Shown here: positions 24,433 to 37,493 of the stretch, piece after piece
How positions within the stretch are numbered: position 1 is the stretch's first letter
Layout: each line of letters starts with the position of its first letter
DNA from: Utricularia gibba
Taxonomy: Eukaryota; Plantae; Magnoliophyta
Assembly: GCA_002189035.1 (NCBI GenBank)
Contig: NEEC01000004.1
Coordinates: 1,302,001-1,366,000 of the forward strand
Reading direction: 5' to 3'
DNA: 64,000 nt
Notes under the pieces: generated by a model
The model's input: the letters and a program-made list of their open reading frames with translations, nothing else
Told to the model about the DNA's origin: nothing
The model's database searches: none
Translations under genes and position numbers: made by a program

Positions 24433-25126
24433 CTAGTCATCATTTGAGACCAGCTTCTGCTACTTCCATCTGATTGCAGCTTCCAGGATCTTGAGATTTG
24501 TGGTTTGAGTTTCTTCTGGGAATAAGTAGTCGATGTACTCCTCGTACCTGCAACAGGTCTGATTGTTATGGAAGAACCACCCATTTACAACAGGAGTAGC
24601 TGCAGGCCAGCCACCAGGACTTGGAACACATGCTACTTTTTGCAAAGAGAATGAAACGAAGTGAATACCCTGCCGGAGCATCCTCAGATTTTATCTGCTT
24701 TCTCGTTTTTTCAGTTTCTTGGGTATCTTAAAACGGATCGATTCAATGTTCCCGAGCTCTGCAAAGCTGCTTTTCATGTTCAACCACTCTTCCAGCAGCA
24801 TGGCTCTATCTTCTTATAGTTCTGGGGCGGAGTTTCTGAAGTGGCTGAGGGCTCTTTCAAAAACAGCTGGTGGAAAGTAGATGATTAAGGGAAAATATGC
24901 AAGAAGGCTAGAAACCAAATGTATCATGGGGTTTAAAATCACCTCTTGCACGTTCAACACAATCATATTCTGGGAGCCCAGTAGATGATGTTGTTGTCTT
25001 CGGGGAGGCCAGATTCTGGAACTTCTTCAACTGCAGATGCCTCAAATTTGGCATAGATGATCCACACCTTCAAGTGTTTCGTTCTGACTCAGATATTGCA
25101 AAGTCAATATATGCCTGCCATAGGAG
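24433..25126 (-). pseudogene. CRN: Crooked neck (CRN/CLF1, HAT-repeat splicing factor) C-terminal fragment, disabled
   Basis: LLWQAYIDF, KHLKVWIIYAKFEASA, SAPEL*EDRAMLLEEWLN, YEEYIDYLFPEETQTTNLKILEAA..WK*QK. In-frame stops at 24816-24814 and 24462-24460, at least two frameshifts, intron 24668-24548 retained. Confidence 0.88.
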
Positions 25127-26636
25127 TAGATAATTAGATCGGAAATGAAAATAACAAAAAGACCTGAAGCTTGCGCAATGTAATTTATGAAAGGGATAAA
25201 AAAAACTAGCCATGGATGAGAGGCCTTTCCTCTGGTATTTCCAACCTGCCAGTCTATTCAACAGAATACAAATGATTCATTCCATCCATGACTCACTTCC
25301 AAGAGTTCAGAAGCACAGTGTACAAAAAATCGCCAACACTACTACACACAATGCACGAAAATTTCGTACTCACCAAGATACCACAATTACGATCACCCCA
25401 TAAACGAACATTAGTTTATACCTGAAAACATTATTTAACAAAAATGAAAAATCGAAAGTGCAGTTGTCCGAAAACTTCGATATCAAAACATTCCATAAGA
25501 ACAGGAGACATCGTAAAGGAAGAAACTTCGCCTCCGGAAAAACTGAGAAAGCGCTTGAAGAAAATAAACCGAATTCCAGGTTCGGAAATCCTTCATTACC
25601 CAACTCTACCTGTGTCGAAGGCTTAAAGTCGACGTAAAAACAAAAACAATAAAAAAGAAAAAGAAATACAAACCGGATGTTTTGAAAAATGTAGAATACA
25701 CAAAAGGCCAACTGCATATGGCCCATGGACTCATCAAGATTCATTGGCCCATCTATCAAAAGGCCCATATTTTTTAATGGTTGGGATTTAATGATGGTTT
25801 TCAAATATGTTTTATTTAAGATTTACGTTTAGGAAGAAGCTTTAAATTAAATCATTAATTTAATTTAAAATAAATTAAAATCATATATATAATTATTAAA
25901 CATTGAGAAGATAGTAGGTTTCATATTAAACCACGTATTTATTTCTAATTTAACTTTCTTCTTACTTTTATTTCAAAATAAATATAAAGTTAATTATTTG
26001 AAAATACAATCTAAATATTTTTATAATAAAATATAACATATCTAAACTTAGCTATCAAACACATTTTATATCTGAAATTATAAAATATATTTTATATTAA
26101 ACTATATAACTAAAATCTTAAATCAGCTATCAAACACCACCTAAATCTTATCCCAAAAAGAATGATGAAGTGTGAAATATGTCACGATAGGACTCGTAGT
26201 GTATTGTACAACTAATGAGTTTATAAGAGCCCGTATTGAACCAATTTTGTCAATTTAGTCAATTTTTTCAAAATTAATTCCCATTGTCACAAAGAAAATG
26301 ACTCAAATGAATTTTTAAAATTAATTAATTCCCTTATCAAGAATAAGTTCTATTGCATAATTCTGTTCTCTTGGATTAGATGCCAAGTGTACCAATCACA
26401 TCCATGGACATTGGAGAATCAATTTTCTTAAAAACCAGCCACAAATTAGATATGCGGCCAATTTGTGGGTCTGTTATAAATTTAGTATAAATAATCAATA
26501 AATAGTTTTAATTCATCATAAATTATAAATTAAAAATTTTGAAAAGGAAAATCCTAGGCAGGATTAAATTGAAATCATGATTATATTGTGAAATTAATTT
26601 AGAAAATCTGTGTGAATCTTCTCAGGAACAAGATTG

Positions 26637-26919
26637 GAATATTCTCCGGCAGTTACACATCCACGTTTTCTTTTGTTCCACGAATTTCCGGAAATAAGAA
26701 TATTCGCTTATTCCTCGATTTTCCTGTTAACGGATAAGCGGATACCCACCGTCGGATCACTTTCCAACGGTTGAGATCATCCGGAACGAGGGAAAATGGA
26801 GCTCAATTTCGAATGGCTCAGCTTTCTGTCTTCGCTTCCATGATCCCACCTCCACTTCCAGAGTAATATTCCGATGGCATATTCCAAATCCTAATCCCCT
26901 GAACTCGTCTCTATATAAA
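26637..26919 (+). promoter_or_regulatory. Three P1BS (GNATATNC) phosphate-starvation elements plus TATA box
   Basis: GAATATTC 26637-26644, GAATATTC 26698-26705, GCATATTC 26877-26884; TATATAAA 26912-26919. Confidence 0.8.
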
Positions 26920-26982
26920 CGCAGCCCTCACATTGGTGACCCCAGCACAAACAGTACGTGAAAAATAGAGAGTTCTCGGAAG

Positions 26983-28032
26983 ATGGCGGGAATCGTGGTG
27001 GTTTTCGATTTCGACAAGACGATTATCGATGTGGATAGCGATAATTGGGTAGTCGATGAACTGGGTTTCACCGATTTGTTCAATCAGCTGCTTCCCACAA
27101 TGCCTTGGAACACATTGATGGTGAAAACTCTCGATTTTTTTCGGGTTTTGGAGGTTTTCAAGGTGAAATCTTTGTTTACGTTTTTCGTGATGTTTACAGG
27201 ATACAATGATGAGGGAATTGCATCTGAATGGGAAGAGTGCGGATGAGATTAAACAAGTGTTGAAAAGAGCCCCGATTCATCCCAGGATTGTGCCCGCCAT
27301 CAAGAAAGCGCATGCTCTGGGGTAACTGACTAACTGGTTTATTTTCTTGTTTCCTGCTCTTCGTGGTCTGTGTTTATCGTTAATGACGATGGTGTTTGTT
27401 CGGCTTCCAGATGTGATTTGAGAGTAGTGAGCGACGCAAATGTCTTCTTCATTGAAACGATCCTTGAGCATCTTGGAATCAGGGATTTGTTCACTGAAAT
27501 CAACACAAATCCTGGTTATGTTGATGAAGAAGGACGAGTTAGAATTTCTCCCTACATCGATTTCAACACCTCTCCCCACTGTTGCCCCCGTTGCCCTCCA
27601 AACATGTGCAAGGTAAACATACAGAATCAACTTAAAAGCGTTAACTTCTGGCCACTAAACCTGTGTCGTTTTGGTTAAAAGGGACTGATCATAGAGAGGA
27701 TTCAAGCGTCACTGACGAAAGAAGGGAAGAAAAAAAGGATCATGTATCTGGGGGATGGATCAGGCGATTTTTGCCCAAGCTTGAAACTGAAGGAAGATGA
27801 TTTCATGATGCCGAGGAAACATTTTCCAGTATGGGATTTGATCTGCGAAAACAGGAGCCGTGTTCAGGCTTCTGTTCACGAATGGAGCGACGGCGCGCAG
27901 CTTGAGCATGCTCTACTGAAGCTAATCGTCAACACACTCTCTCCAGCCGTCGACTACAAGTTGGAGAATTTCCCGGTCATCCTACCCGCCGCCCACGAGG
28001 CGTCCCTTCCTGTTCTGAAGGTTCGTCACTAG
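26983..28032 (+). CDS. Inorganic pyrophosphatase / phosphoethanolamine phosphatase (PPsPase1/PECP1-like, HAD family), 4 exons (26983-27120, 27200-27321, 27411-27612, 27682-28032)
   Basis: HAD motif FDFDKT, DSDNWVVDE, VSDANVFFIETIL, CPPNMCKG and IMYLGDGSGDFCPSLKL. Exon phases are consistent. Confidence 0.95.
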
Positions 28033-31000
28033 GACGATCCGACGGCTGCGAGTCAAACATGAGCATCCCATCTGACCGTTGAAAATTACTCCTTGGTATC
28101 TAGCAAACCTTGTTCTTAGCACTTTAGAATTATTGGGCCTACATAGTGGGCTTTAGAGAATCTCTATATTAAGAAATGTGTCATGCAGCCCTGACAGGCC
28201 CATTTCACAAGTTTTTATCCTCTGTACGCGAGTCCACCAAAATTGAGCGTCAAGCAGATTAGACCTCCGATTAAAGAAACCAAAAAGAGCCCACATAAAT
28301 ACTATAATATTTTTTTAAAAAAAATACCATTAAATATTCCAGTATTTAAAAATAAAATAAAATTGAACCCTTAAGGTACGGATCTTAATGGTCCAGCCAA
28401 ATCCCGATAGACTACTACACATAATGAATGGGGGCCTATGTCACGTGACACATTAAAGCCACACCATCATATTCCTCTACATTAATAAAACGTGTCCCCA
28501 CAAGGGCACAATCACGCCTAAGTCGTCATAGGATGGGGATGGGCCCATCCTATCAATCTATCCTTCCATCAGAGGCACGAAAAGCCCCTATCTTGGCACG
28601 ACACGACACGACACGAACCGCGTCCCCAACAAAAGTCATTAACCAACGGTTCACGGTTTTGTCCTTTTGAACCCATTCTCCCCGTTATTAATGTTTTAAA
28701 TTGTCCAAAAAAACCATGAATAAATAATTCCTTATTTGAAAAGTTTAATGATAGTTTAAATCATAATTGAACTGTTTATTTTTTAAAAAAATCAAATCAT
28801 GGTTACACTATAGTTCAACTGTGATGGAATTAAAGTTGAATCGTGATTTGATCTTAATTCATTTTTTATATTTTAAAAATTTTCAAATTTAATCCAATCG
28901 TGTTTACGACATATTTGTAGTTTAAATCGATTTTATTTAATTTTAAAAATCAAATAATATATAGAAAACATTAATTATTATCTTACAACATGTTTATCTA
29001 AATTTTATTAGGATCTTAAGTAACGTTTGGTTGTAGAATTTGATAGATTTAAATGTACAATAATAAATTATTAAACATTTATTTCATGGATTTAAATAAA
29101 CTTGAGATTACATACATTTTTTAATTTTAAATATCTAGGCTTCTTTAAAAACATATCCCTTTTAATTTATTTAATATAACTTAATTCTAATTTTCATTTC
29201 ACTAATTAAGCACGAATTATGCCATGTGCCTGTGAAAACTATCTACACAATTTTATTTATTTATTTATTTTAATGTGGTGAATCATCACACTAGGTTTAC
29301 ATATGGGGAATATCAATGAAGCATGTGATGGCATGATCGGGTGTGGGATTGAACTTTTTGTGGCACGATTGATTAGTTGGGTGCGACATGTGTGTGTTTA
29401 ATGCAGTCCAAGATGAGTTGATGTAACTAGGACATGAACAACCGATGGACACTTAGTGAACTAGGCAAGGCAACAATTATATCACCTTCAGTCTATGGCT
29501 GTCCCCCTCCCGGTCATCCCGCCTTTTAATTACTTTTACTTTCAGCATTTATAATGTCACTTTAGAGATACAAATTATAACCAAAATTAAAAATATTTAG
29601 AATCTCGTTTACAAAATTGACCTACACACAATAAATTAAAATTTTTACATTACGGATGCCCATTTTTCTTGTACATTGAAAAAAAGATGATTATATTTCT
29701 AATAGATTCAATAATGATAAATTACTATTTTACTTTTGATTGATGGGTTTCCACTTTTTATTATTCCTAATTATATCTTAGATTGGTTTTAGATGGTATT
29801 TTATTTAATATAGCTGTTTGTTAGAAAATTTTAAATTAAACTAATAGTTTATTTTAAAATTAATTTTAGATCTTTATTCATTGAAAACAAAAGGAAAGAT
29901 TTGTTTTATGTTAAATTTACAGATGTTTTTTTTATTTAATATATTTTAATTCAGCAATTAAATAAATTTTGAATTGAATGATTAAAATATGTTATTTAAT
30001 TAAAATTTTATATAAAATATTAATTTTAATTTAGGCAAAAAATCAGATAATAGCTCTCTCTGCTGTGCTCTGCACCTCTACGGCTTTTTTGGTCACGTCT
30101 ATTGTGGGAGCATCACTGCATCAGCAATGGGGTGGGTGGTTTAGGGTTTTTTGTTCTTATCTTAACTGAATGGGGTAAGCAGAATTGGAGTGCTGTGTTT
30201 TCCGGCCGCGGGCCTACTACACCCACCGAGGTATAATGGGGCTAACACAGGCTTTTTCTAGGTTGAAGAAGGCATGATAAGTTAATGCTCGATTGATGCC
30301 TTGATCTGGGTGGATGGTGTTGCTACTGTGCCGTAATCACTGCGTTCGCCACATGGGAATGAGGGGGGTTGGTGGGGATGGTTGCTTCTTTTTACCTTGA
30401 AAGTTCAAAAAAATTAACCAGTCCCCTCCACCTCCGTTTCACGCAGCCTCTCACATTTTAGCGCCCTCATGAAACAATTGACTCTGGCCTGGGACGTCTC
30501 TTTCCAGTACTGCGTCTGAGTTGATGGTGGGGTAAGAGTTTCAAGTAAAATGGTGCTGTTGCTATGGAGAAGCTAGTTCGTCGTTCCAGCCGGTGTTTCC
30601 TGTTTTTGGGTTGCGATAATCGAAGGAAGATAGCTAGTTCATGGAAAAAAGTGACCTCGTGAGTGTCGTATCTGATAGATAACAACGAGGCATTAACCGT
30701 ACCCAACGCTTCCGGTGTCTTTTCCAGATTTGTTGTTTCCTACGAGTCAAGCTCCACAGGATTCTACATGGTTTTTTTCTTTTTTGTTGGCTGTGGAAAG
30801 AAAGACGCATCACCTTTCGTAAGGAAACCGTAGAGCCCCATTCCGTGTTTCCTGGATTTCAAACGTAGAACAACGCCACTTTTCTTTTCTCTTCTTTTAT
30901 TCAAAATCCCAGACTTGTTGGCTGGTTGCTTCTTGTTGAGGGTGAAAGTGTATGCGTGCGTGTATTAGCTGTATCGATGTATGTATTCCTTCAAACAGAT

Positions 31001-31423
31001 CATGTGCCCAACATTTAAGCCTTATTCTTGAAAAATACTTGTTTTGAACATCCTTTTCATATGGCTGTCAGGGCAGGGACCTGGGTGGATGAACATTTGT
31101 CTCATTACGCAAAACCCGGAAGGATTTCAGTTTGTTGATTGGAAGAACGGACGGAAAACACGTGTAAGATAACTTTATTGTGCTCCGAAATAAGCGAATA
31201 CTCGGTTAAAAGAATGTATTTTCACCATGCGTCCTTCATCTGCTAAGCATTTTCATCTTGGAGAAACACTCAGAGGTGGGGGCTGAAGGGATAATAATGC
31301 ACCGGTTCTTTCTTGTTGCAGGCAGACGTTGACGTAGTGCTCGCGTGAAGTTATCTATTTAAAGTCAGAAGTCTTGTTTTTAGAGCATTTGGCGTTGTAG
31401 TGAGGACTACTTTGGCTAAAGAA

Positions 31424-34400
31424 ATGAGCAGAGTGGTGAAGAAAGCCGGGAAAAGGGAGAAGGATTCTGATGCAGCTGAGAAGGTTGTGGTGGCTGTTAA
31501 GGCTTCAAAAGAGGTCCCTAAAAGCGCTCTAATCTGGGCTCTTTCCCATGTTGTCCAGCCCGGAGACTGCATCACCCTTCTTGTCGTAGATTCTTCCCAT
31601 AGCGCAGGTAAAAATATTGCAGTAGATGTCTGCTTTGCTGCCCAGTCTTGGGATGGTAAAATGGCGCTCGTGTGCCCTATTGCTGTTCTATTTTTCAGCT
31701 CTATCTCTGCATTATGATTTAATTGAAAGATTTGAAATTCAACATTTTTCTGCTCTTGAGGCTTATCTCATTTCTTTCTCTTCTTGTTGCAAGTACGTTG
31801 TCAATCTAGTACATGGGTTGTATCAGAGTTCAAAGTGGATTTCTTGGTTCTCGTTTAAATTTGGCCTTTTCTGATCTGCTTGCTTATCCAGTTAAAGCAA
31901 CAATGTCATTGCCAACCTGAACCAGGCCGATGCATGCACCTGCTAATCCCAGATTTCAGAATGATGTGATCCAGTTGTTCCGATATTTCATTTTTTAGTT
32001 TTTTTATTTGCTATGAATTCAGGTAGAAGAACTTGGGGCTTCCCAAGGTTTGCAGGAGACTGTGCAAGTAGCGCCAGGAGGTCTTCATCTGCTCCAAGCG
32101 CAGAGCAGAAAGTTGATCTGACTGATTCATGTGCACAAATGATTCTCCAGCTTCACGATGTATACGATCCCAATAAAGTAAGTATTTATCTTGAGAATCG
32201 CGATGATGGATTTTCTCGTCAGAAAGGCATATGATGGCGGATGGAATGTTTTTTCTTTCTCAATTTTCAGATAAATGTGAAGATCAAAATCGTTTCTGGA
32301 GCATCTTGTGGAGCAGTTGCTGCCGAGGCCAAGAAACATCATGCTAATTGGGTTGTTCTGGACAGGTATGGTCTACATCCTCGTTGTGTTTTTCTAGCTT
32401 CTGTTCAGTACCTGCTTATTATTGAGACATACATTCAGGCACCTCAAGCACGAGGAAAAACGTTGCATGGAAGAGCTACAGTGTAATATTGTTTCCATGA
32501 AGCGCTCCCAAGCAAAAGTTCTGCGGCTGCATCTAGTTGGATCACCCAAAAAGGAAATAGCGGCTATGAGTTCTGACAATAAGCAGTTGCCAAGAAAGTA
32601 CGAAGAAGGGAAAGATGGTAAGAATCCAACTCAAGGGCCATCTGTCACCCCATCTTGTAGCCCAGATGCATTTACTGCAACGGAAGCTGGAACCTCATCT
32701 GTGTCAAGTTCGGATCTTAGAACTTCTCCATTCACCAGAAATGGTCTGCGTAATGGCTTGAAGCAAAATGAACCATTATCTGCAAGACATGAAGATATTG
32801 GAGAATATTGTTCCGGTACTGATGATGAAAGTCTGTCTTCGTCCTCGAGTTTACGGTTTCAACCATGGAGGTCTGAAATTGTTACATCACGATGCCAATC
32901 TTTAGATCATATTTGTGAAAGCTCAGGTCGCTCCAGCAGTAATATCCAGAGTTCCAGCGCTAGAGCTCTGTTGGAAAAGCTCTGCATGCTTGATGATGAA
33001 TATGGTTTTCAATCTCCCAACAACCCGTTAAATCCTGAGGATTTTAAAGGAAGGTTGAGAAGTGTGATTTCTGTCTCAAGGGCCTCACCCCTTGGACCTC
33101 CTCCCCTGTGTTCTGTATGTCAACATAAAGCACCCGTGTTTGGAAAGCCACCGAGATGGTTCACATATGCTGAACTGGAGCATGCCACTGGTGGATTTTC
33201 ACAGTCTAGTTTCTTGGCTGAAGGTGGGTTCGGCTCAGTTCATCGAGGAGTACTCCCTGATGGTCAGGCAATCGCTGTCAAGCAGCACAAGTTGGCGAGT
33301 TCCCAGGGTGATCAAGAATTTTGCTCAGAAGTCGAAGTCTTGAGTTGTGCTCAGCATCGCAATGTTGTTATGTTGATCGGTTTCTGCATCGAGGATGGCA
33401 GGAGATTGTTAGTTTACGAATATGTATGCAATGGATCTCTTGACTCACATCTGTATGGTAATGCCTCATCCTCCACACCATGACTTGATTTCTTATTTGC
33501 CTTTTTGTTCATTGATCATTTATTCACATATGTCACAGGGCGCAATCGAGGAACACTTCCCTGGTCTGCACGACAAAAAATCGCAGTGGGGGCTGCACAG
33601 GGACTGCGGTACCTTCATGAAGAATGCAGGGTTGGTTGCATTGTCCATCGTGACATGCGGCCCAACAATATCCTCATCACACATGATTTTGAACCACTGG
33701 TATGAAATCCTTGGCTCCCTTGTCCCATGAAAACGTTTTCTCCAGCATCACTACTTAGATTCCTAAGGTGTTTTTGTCTCTTACCTCAACCATCATTTGT
33801 TATAAAGGTTGGAGATTTTGGCCTGGCCCGCTGGCAACCTGATGGTGAAGCTGGAGTCGACACGAGAGTAATTGGAACATTTGGGTACTCCACGGATGAT
33901 CACCTGTTCTTCATTTTTATTGCTCATGGTGTAACATATTCCTTTTTTTATTGAAAAAAAGGTACCTAGCTCCAGAATATGCTCAAAGTGGTCAGATAAC
34001 TGAAAAGGCCGATGTCTACTCATTTGGAGTGGTGTTAGTGGAGCTCCTCACTGGTTTGAAGGCCGTAGACTTCAATAGGCCTAAGGGCCAACAATGCCTC
34101 ACAGAATGGGTAAGCAAGCCATCATGTGCTCTCAGTGGCAAATTCCATGATCCCTCTGTAGATCCATTGATGAAATTCTTGCAGGCAAGACCACTACTTG
34201 AAGCTCGAGCTGTCAAGGACTTGATAGACCCATTTTTAGGGATCGGTTACTATGAGCAAGAGGTCCTCTCTATGATGCATGCTGCATCTCTGTGCTTGAG
34301 TCGAGATCCTCACACCAGGCCACGAATGTCGCAGGTACTTGTTAGGTGAACTTGTCAGAGCCTTGAGGTTGGAGTTCTGATCGATTGCTTTGCCCATGTT

Positions 34401-34513
34401 GTCTTCAGGTGCTTCGGATTCTTGAAGGGAATCGTATGGACCTGAGTCAAGTGACTGCAACTGGTTCGGATGCTGGGATCAGATCTGGGGATCACTCCAG
34501 CAGTAAGAGATGA
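31424..34513 (+). CDS. Receptor-like cytoplasmic kinase with N-terminal USP-like domain; multi-exon
   Basis: [101 protein letters not shown] and RPRMSQ|VLRILEG. Stop 34511-34513. Confidence 0.94.
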
Positions 34514-34785
34514 AGTTACAAGAGCGTGCTTTGAGTTGGATTGTGCAAGATTTCTCTTCACATAATGTGATGAAGATGCCATTTGTTATCACACGTCAGT
34601 GAAAAATTTGCGTCATGTTCATACTCCACATTCAATCTAGTAAAAGCTGCTGAGCTGCAGAAGATGGTAATAAGAATGTTAACCACAGACACAAGGTCTT
34701 GTTTCTTGCGAGTTATAAAGCTTCACGCCGATTCCACTGCATCAGAACCACAATGGTGGCTGGAATCCAAGGCCTTGTAAGAATA

Positions 34786-35861
34786 TCAGGACTGATAAGC
34801 GTCATCATCAGGGTGGTGAAGAGAGCCATCACTCTGATCTGCTGTGTTATGAGCAACAATGGCATCCTTCAATCTCTAGAGCTGCAGCACATTTTCTTCT
34901 GTATAGTTATGATTCCTAAATGCTAAGATCCCGCAGAAGAGTAGAATAGAGAAAAGTTTACTGTGCCAAACCTTTGCAAGGGAGCAAGAAAATGAATCCA
35001 CCAAGCCATCAGCTCCCCTGTAGAAGTGGAAATATGGTAGGACTTTCACATTCAAACTCTTGCAGAGGGATTTATTCTGATCAAAGTTCACTTTGAGGAA
35101 AAGAATTTCCGGGTGTTGCTCAGCGAGTCTGCAGACCTAGTCAAGCAAAAGCATCTGAAAAATGTAGCTGAATGAACCGAACACAGAACACAACTGAAAC
35201 TATGAAGCAGAGAAGCAAATCACTCACTTTGGGATACAGAGCTCTACATGAAGCACACCAGGTACCAAAGAACTCGACGATGACCAGCCCATCACTGGCC
35301 TGACTTAAACAATCCAGAAATTCTTCTGCAGAATGAACATCAACCATATTTGGGCCAGCATTCTTCTCCCACCATTTTGACTCATTTGTTTGAGCAGCAG
35401 TTGCATGTGCCTGAATGAAGTACTTAGCTCAATAAACTAAGGATCTGACTAATACCCACAGATTCTACTGCTTCAACAGCATCCAAACCAATAATAAAAC
35501 ATACAACGCGTTCCATTGACATTTACACATCTAACAAATGCCCCAAAAGTACGAATCCAACTGTCTAATACAACCAAAACTCATCCAGCTCAATCAGTGT
35601 AACAGAAAATATGCGGTTACCCACTGCCCAGATATTAAACCCGTGCCCAAAAAAGGAAAACACTGGGTCTTTTCTCACCTTCGATGACAAAAGTCGCCTT
35701 CTCCGTACACTGCCCAAGTTGTGGACAACAAAAGAATCAGCAAATGTGGCAGTCTTGGAAATTAGCTTGTTTTCACTACTGGGAACAAGAAAGCACGTCG
35801 TCTTTGAAAACAGGACGACACCCGAAACGTCGTACACTAGTTTAAGAGAACCCCACTTCAT
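34786..35861 (-). CDS. Chloroplast thioredoxin-like 2 (ACHT/Lilium type, WCASC active site); multi-exon
   Basis: Transit-peptide-like first exon; [33 protein letters not shown] and [27 protein letters not shown]. The last-exon acceptor is ambiguous (see findings). Confidence 0.9.
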
Positions 35862-36482
35862 GGTGTATGCAATTTCCCCTTCTCCTGGCTCCCGATCAAT
35901 GTGCAACTCTCGGATACCGCTCCTTCAAGCAACTTCAAGCAGCAAAACGCCAAAACCACGACAAGACTAGTAGAAGGTTCCTAAATCCAGTGGCGGAACG
36001 GTGACGATGACCCCCCGACCGGGCCGTCGGAAGACGGTCCCATTGTTTTCGAATTTCGATTTAACAAAATAAAATATTTAATTTCCATCCTTTATTTTTT
36101 TATTATTTTAGTGTTAATGTTCTGTATAAATCCATTGGTAAAGTTATAATTTAAATTTACATAATAGTCTTTCTTTACACAATATTTTTATAATAAATTT
36201 AATTGAGACCAATTTTAAAACACTTTACTTTGGAAGTTTGAAAAACAAATAATGTTACAATTAATAATATGAAAAAGCATAGATTGCATCCTCAGTGAGG
36301 AGCTGGTGGCTTCCAAGAACAAGCAACAGATACCCAACACATTCCACATAATGGCATCGCTCCTCCAAAGATCATATCACTGTGAGGGAGGGGAAACCAA
36401 GCAGACTTGCACCAAATCATCAGCCAGTACTGAAACCGCAGGCACAGCAACAAGAAACACCTTTAGACTGTTGAAAGTGAGT

Positions 36483-37493
36483 TCAGAGGTTTGGAATGGA
36501 CTTAGCTCGAATGAACTGCTTGAGAACAGCTTTGTCTTCATCGAGCCGCTTTTTCTCATCACGGCCTTTTGGCTTTACCTTCCTTTTCTCTTCCAGGATC
36601 CATCTGAAGAGTTCCCTCTGTTGATCCTCAGGGATGGGATCTCGTGCCTTCGGTGTCACCACAGTAATGGGAACTGCAGGTTTTTCAGTTGTTGAGATGG
36701 TAGCAGAAAGCGTGGAGGGAGGGGTTGAGGGTGAAGCAGAGGTTTCAGTATCATCCTTGATTTTCTCAGTCTCTGTTGGGCTCTCGGTTTTCAATGTAGT
36801 TGTCCATAGAGCATAACCTGCACATTGGTGTTTGCTAATGAAAATCCTCAGAATTTCAACACAAGGATGAGTGAAACTTCAACAGAAATTGTGAAGGCAG
36901 GATTTTTCCATTCCACAGTCATCACAAGCTATCCAATGAATCATATCAAACCGTGAGGATCCAACCACTATGTTCATTGGATGAACACCCCATCACATAT
37001 GATGCAATGAATGAAGAAGGGTGAACACGCACTGAAGCGTATGTCTCAGGAATTTGAATCAATCCTCCAAACCAAAAATTAGATAACTTTAATCCCATCC
37101 CACTCCGAAATCACAGAACTTGCTTTCATTGGTATCATTCTATGCATGCATATAGCTAGGTTTTTTTTTTAAGTTTAACGGTTGGCTTGAATTCTGCAAT
37201 TAACCCAAAAGCAAAGGAAAGTAATCAGAAAAGCAGCAGCAGCAGCATATTCTACTATCTTCTACACAAGAAATGCCTCAGATTACGCTTCACCCGTTCA
37301 ATTCAAGAAGCAATTAGTCAAGCAATCGAAAAATTGAGCAAAGAAAAAAAACGACCTCACAAATTGAAAGTAAAAGGAAAAGCAAGGGCGAACCTCCGGC
37401 GCCAGCGCCAATAAGAAGCAGAAATGGCCAGAGAGGCCTAGACCGCCTGATCACCGGAGGCGTCTGCGGAGGATTCGGAGGCGCTTCCGCCAT
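36483..37493 (-). CDS. Uncharacterised single-pass membrane protein, 2 exons (37493-37394, 36817-36483)
   Basis: MAEAPP...PLWPFLLLIGAGAG|GYALW..., Thr/Ser-rich linker, and a C-terminus I recognise as conserved in plants: ELFRWILEEKRKVKPK...KAVLKQFIRAKSIP. Phase-1 junction fits. Confidence 0.8.
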
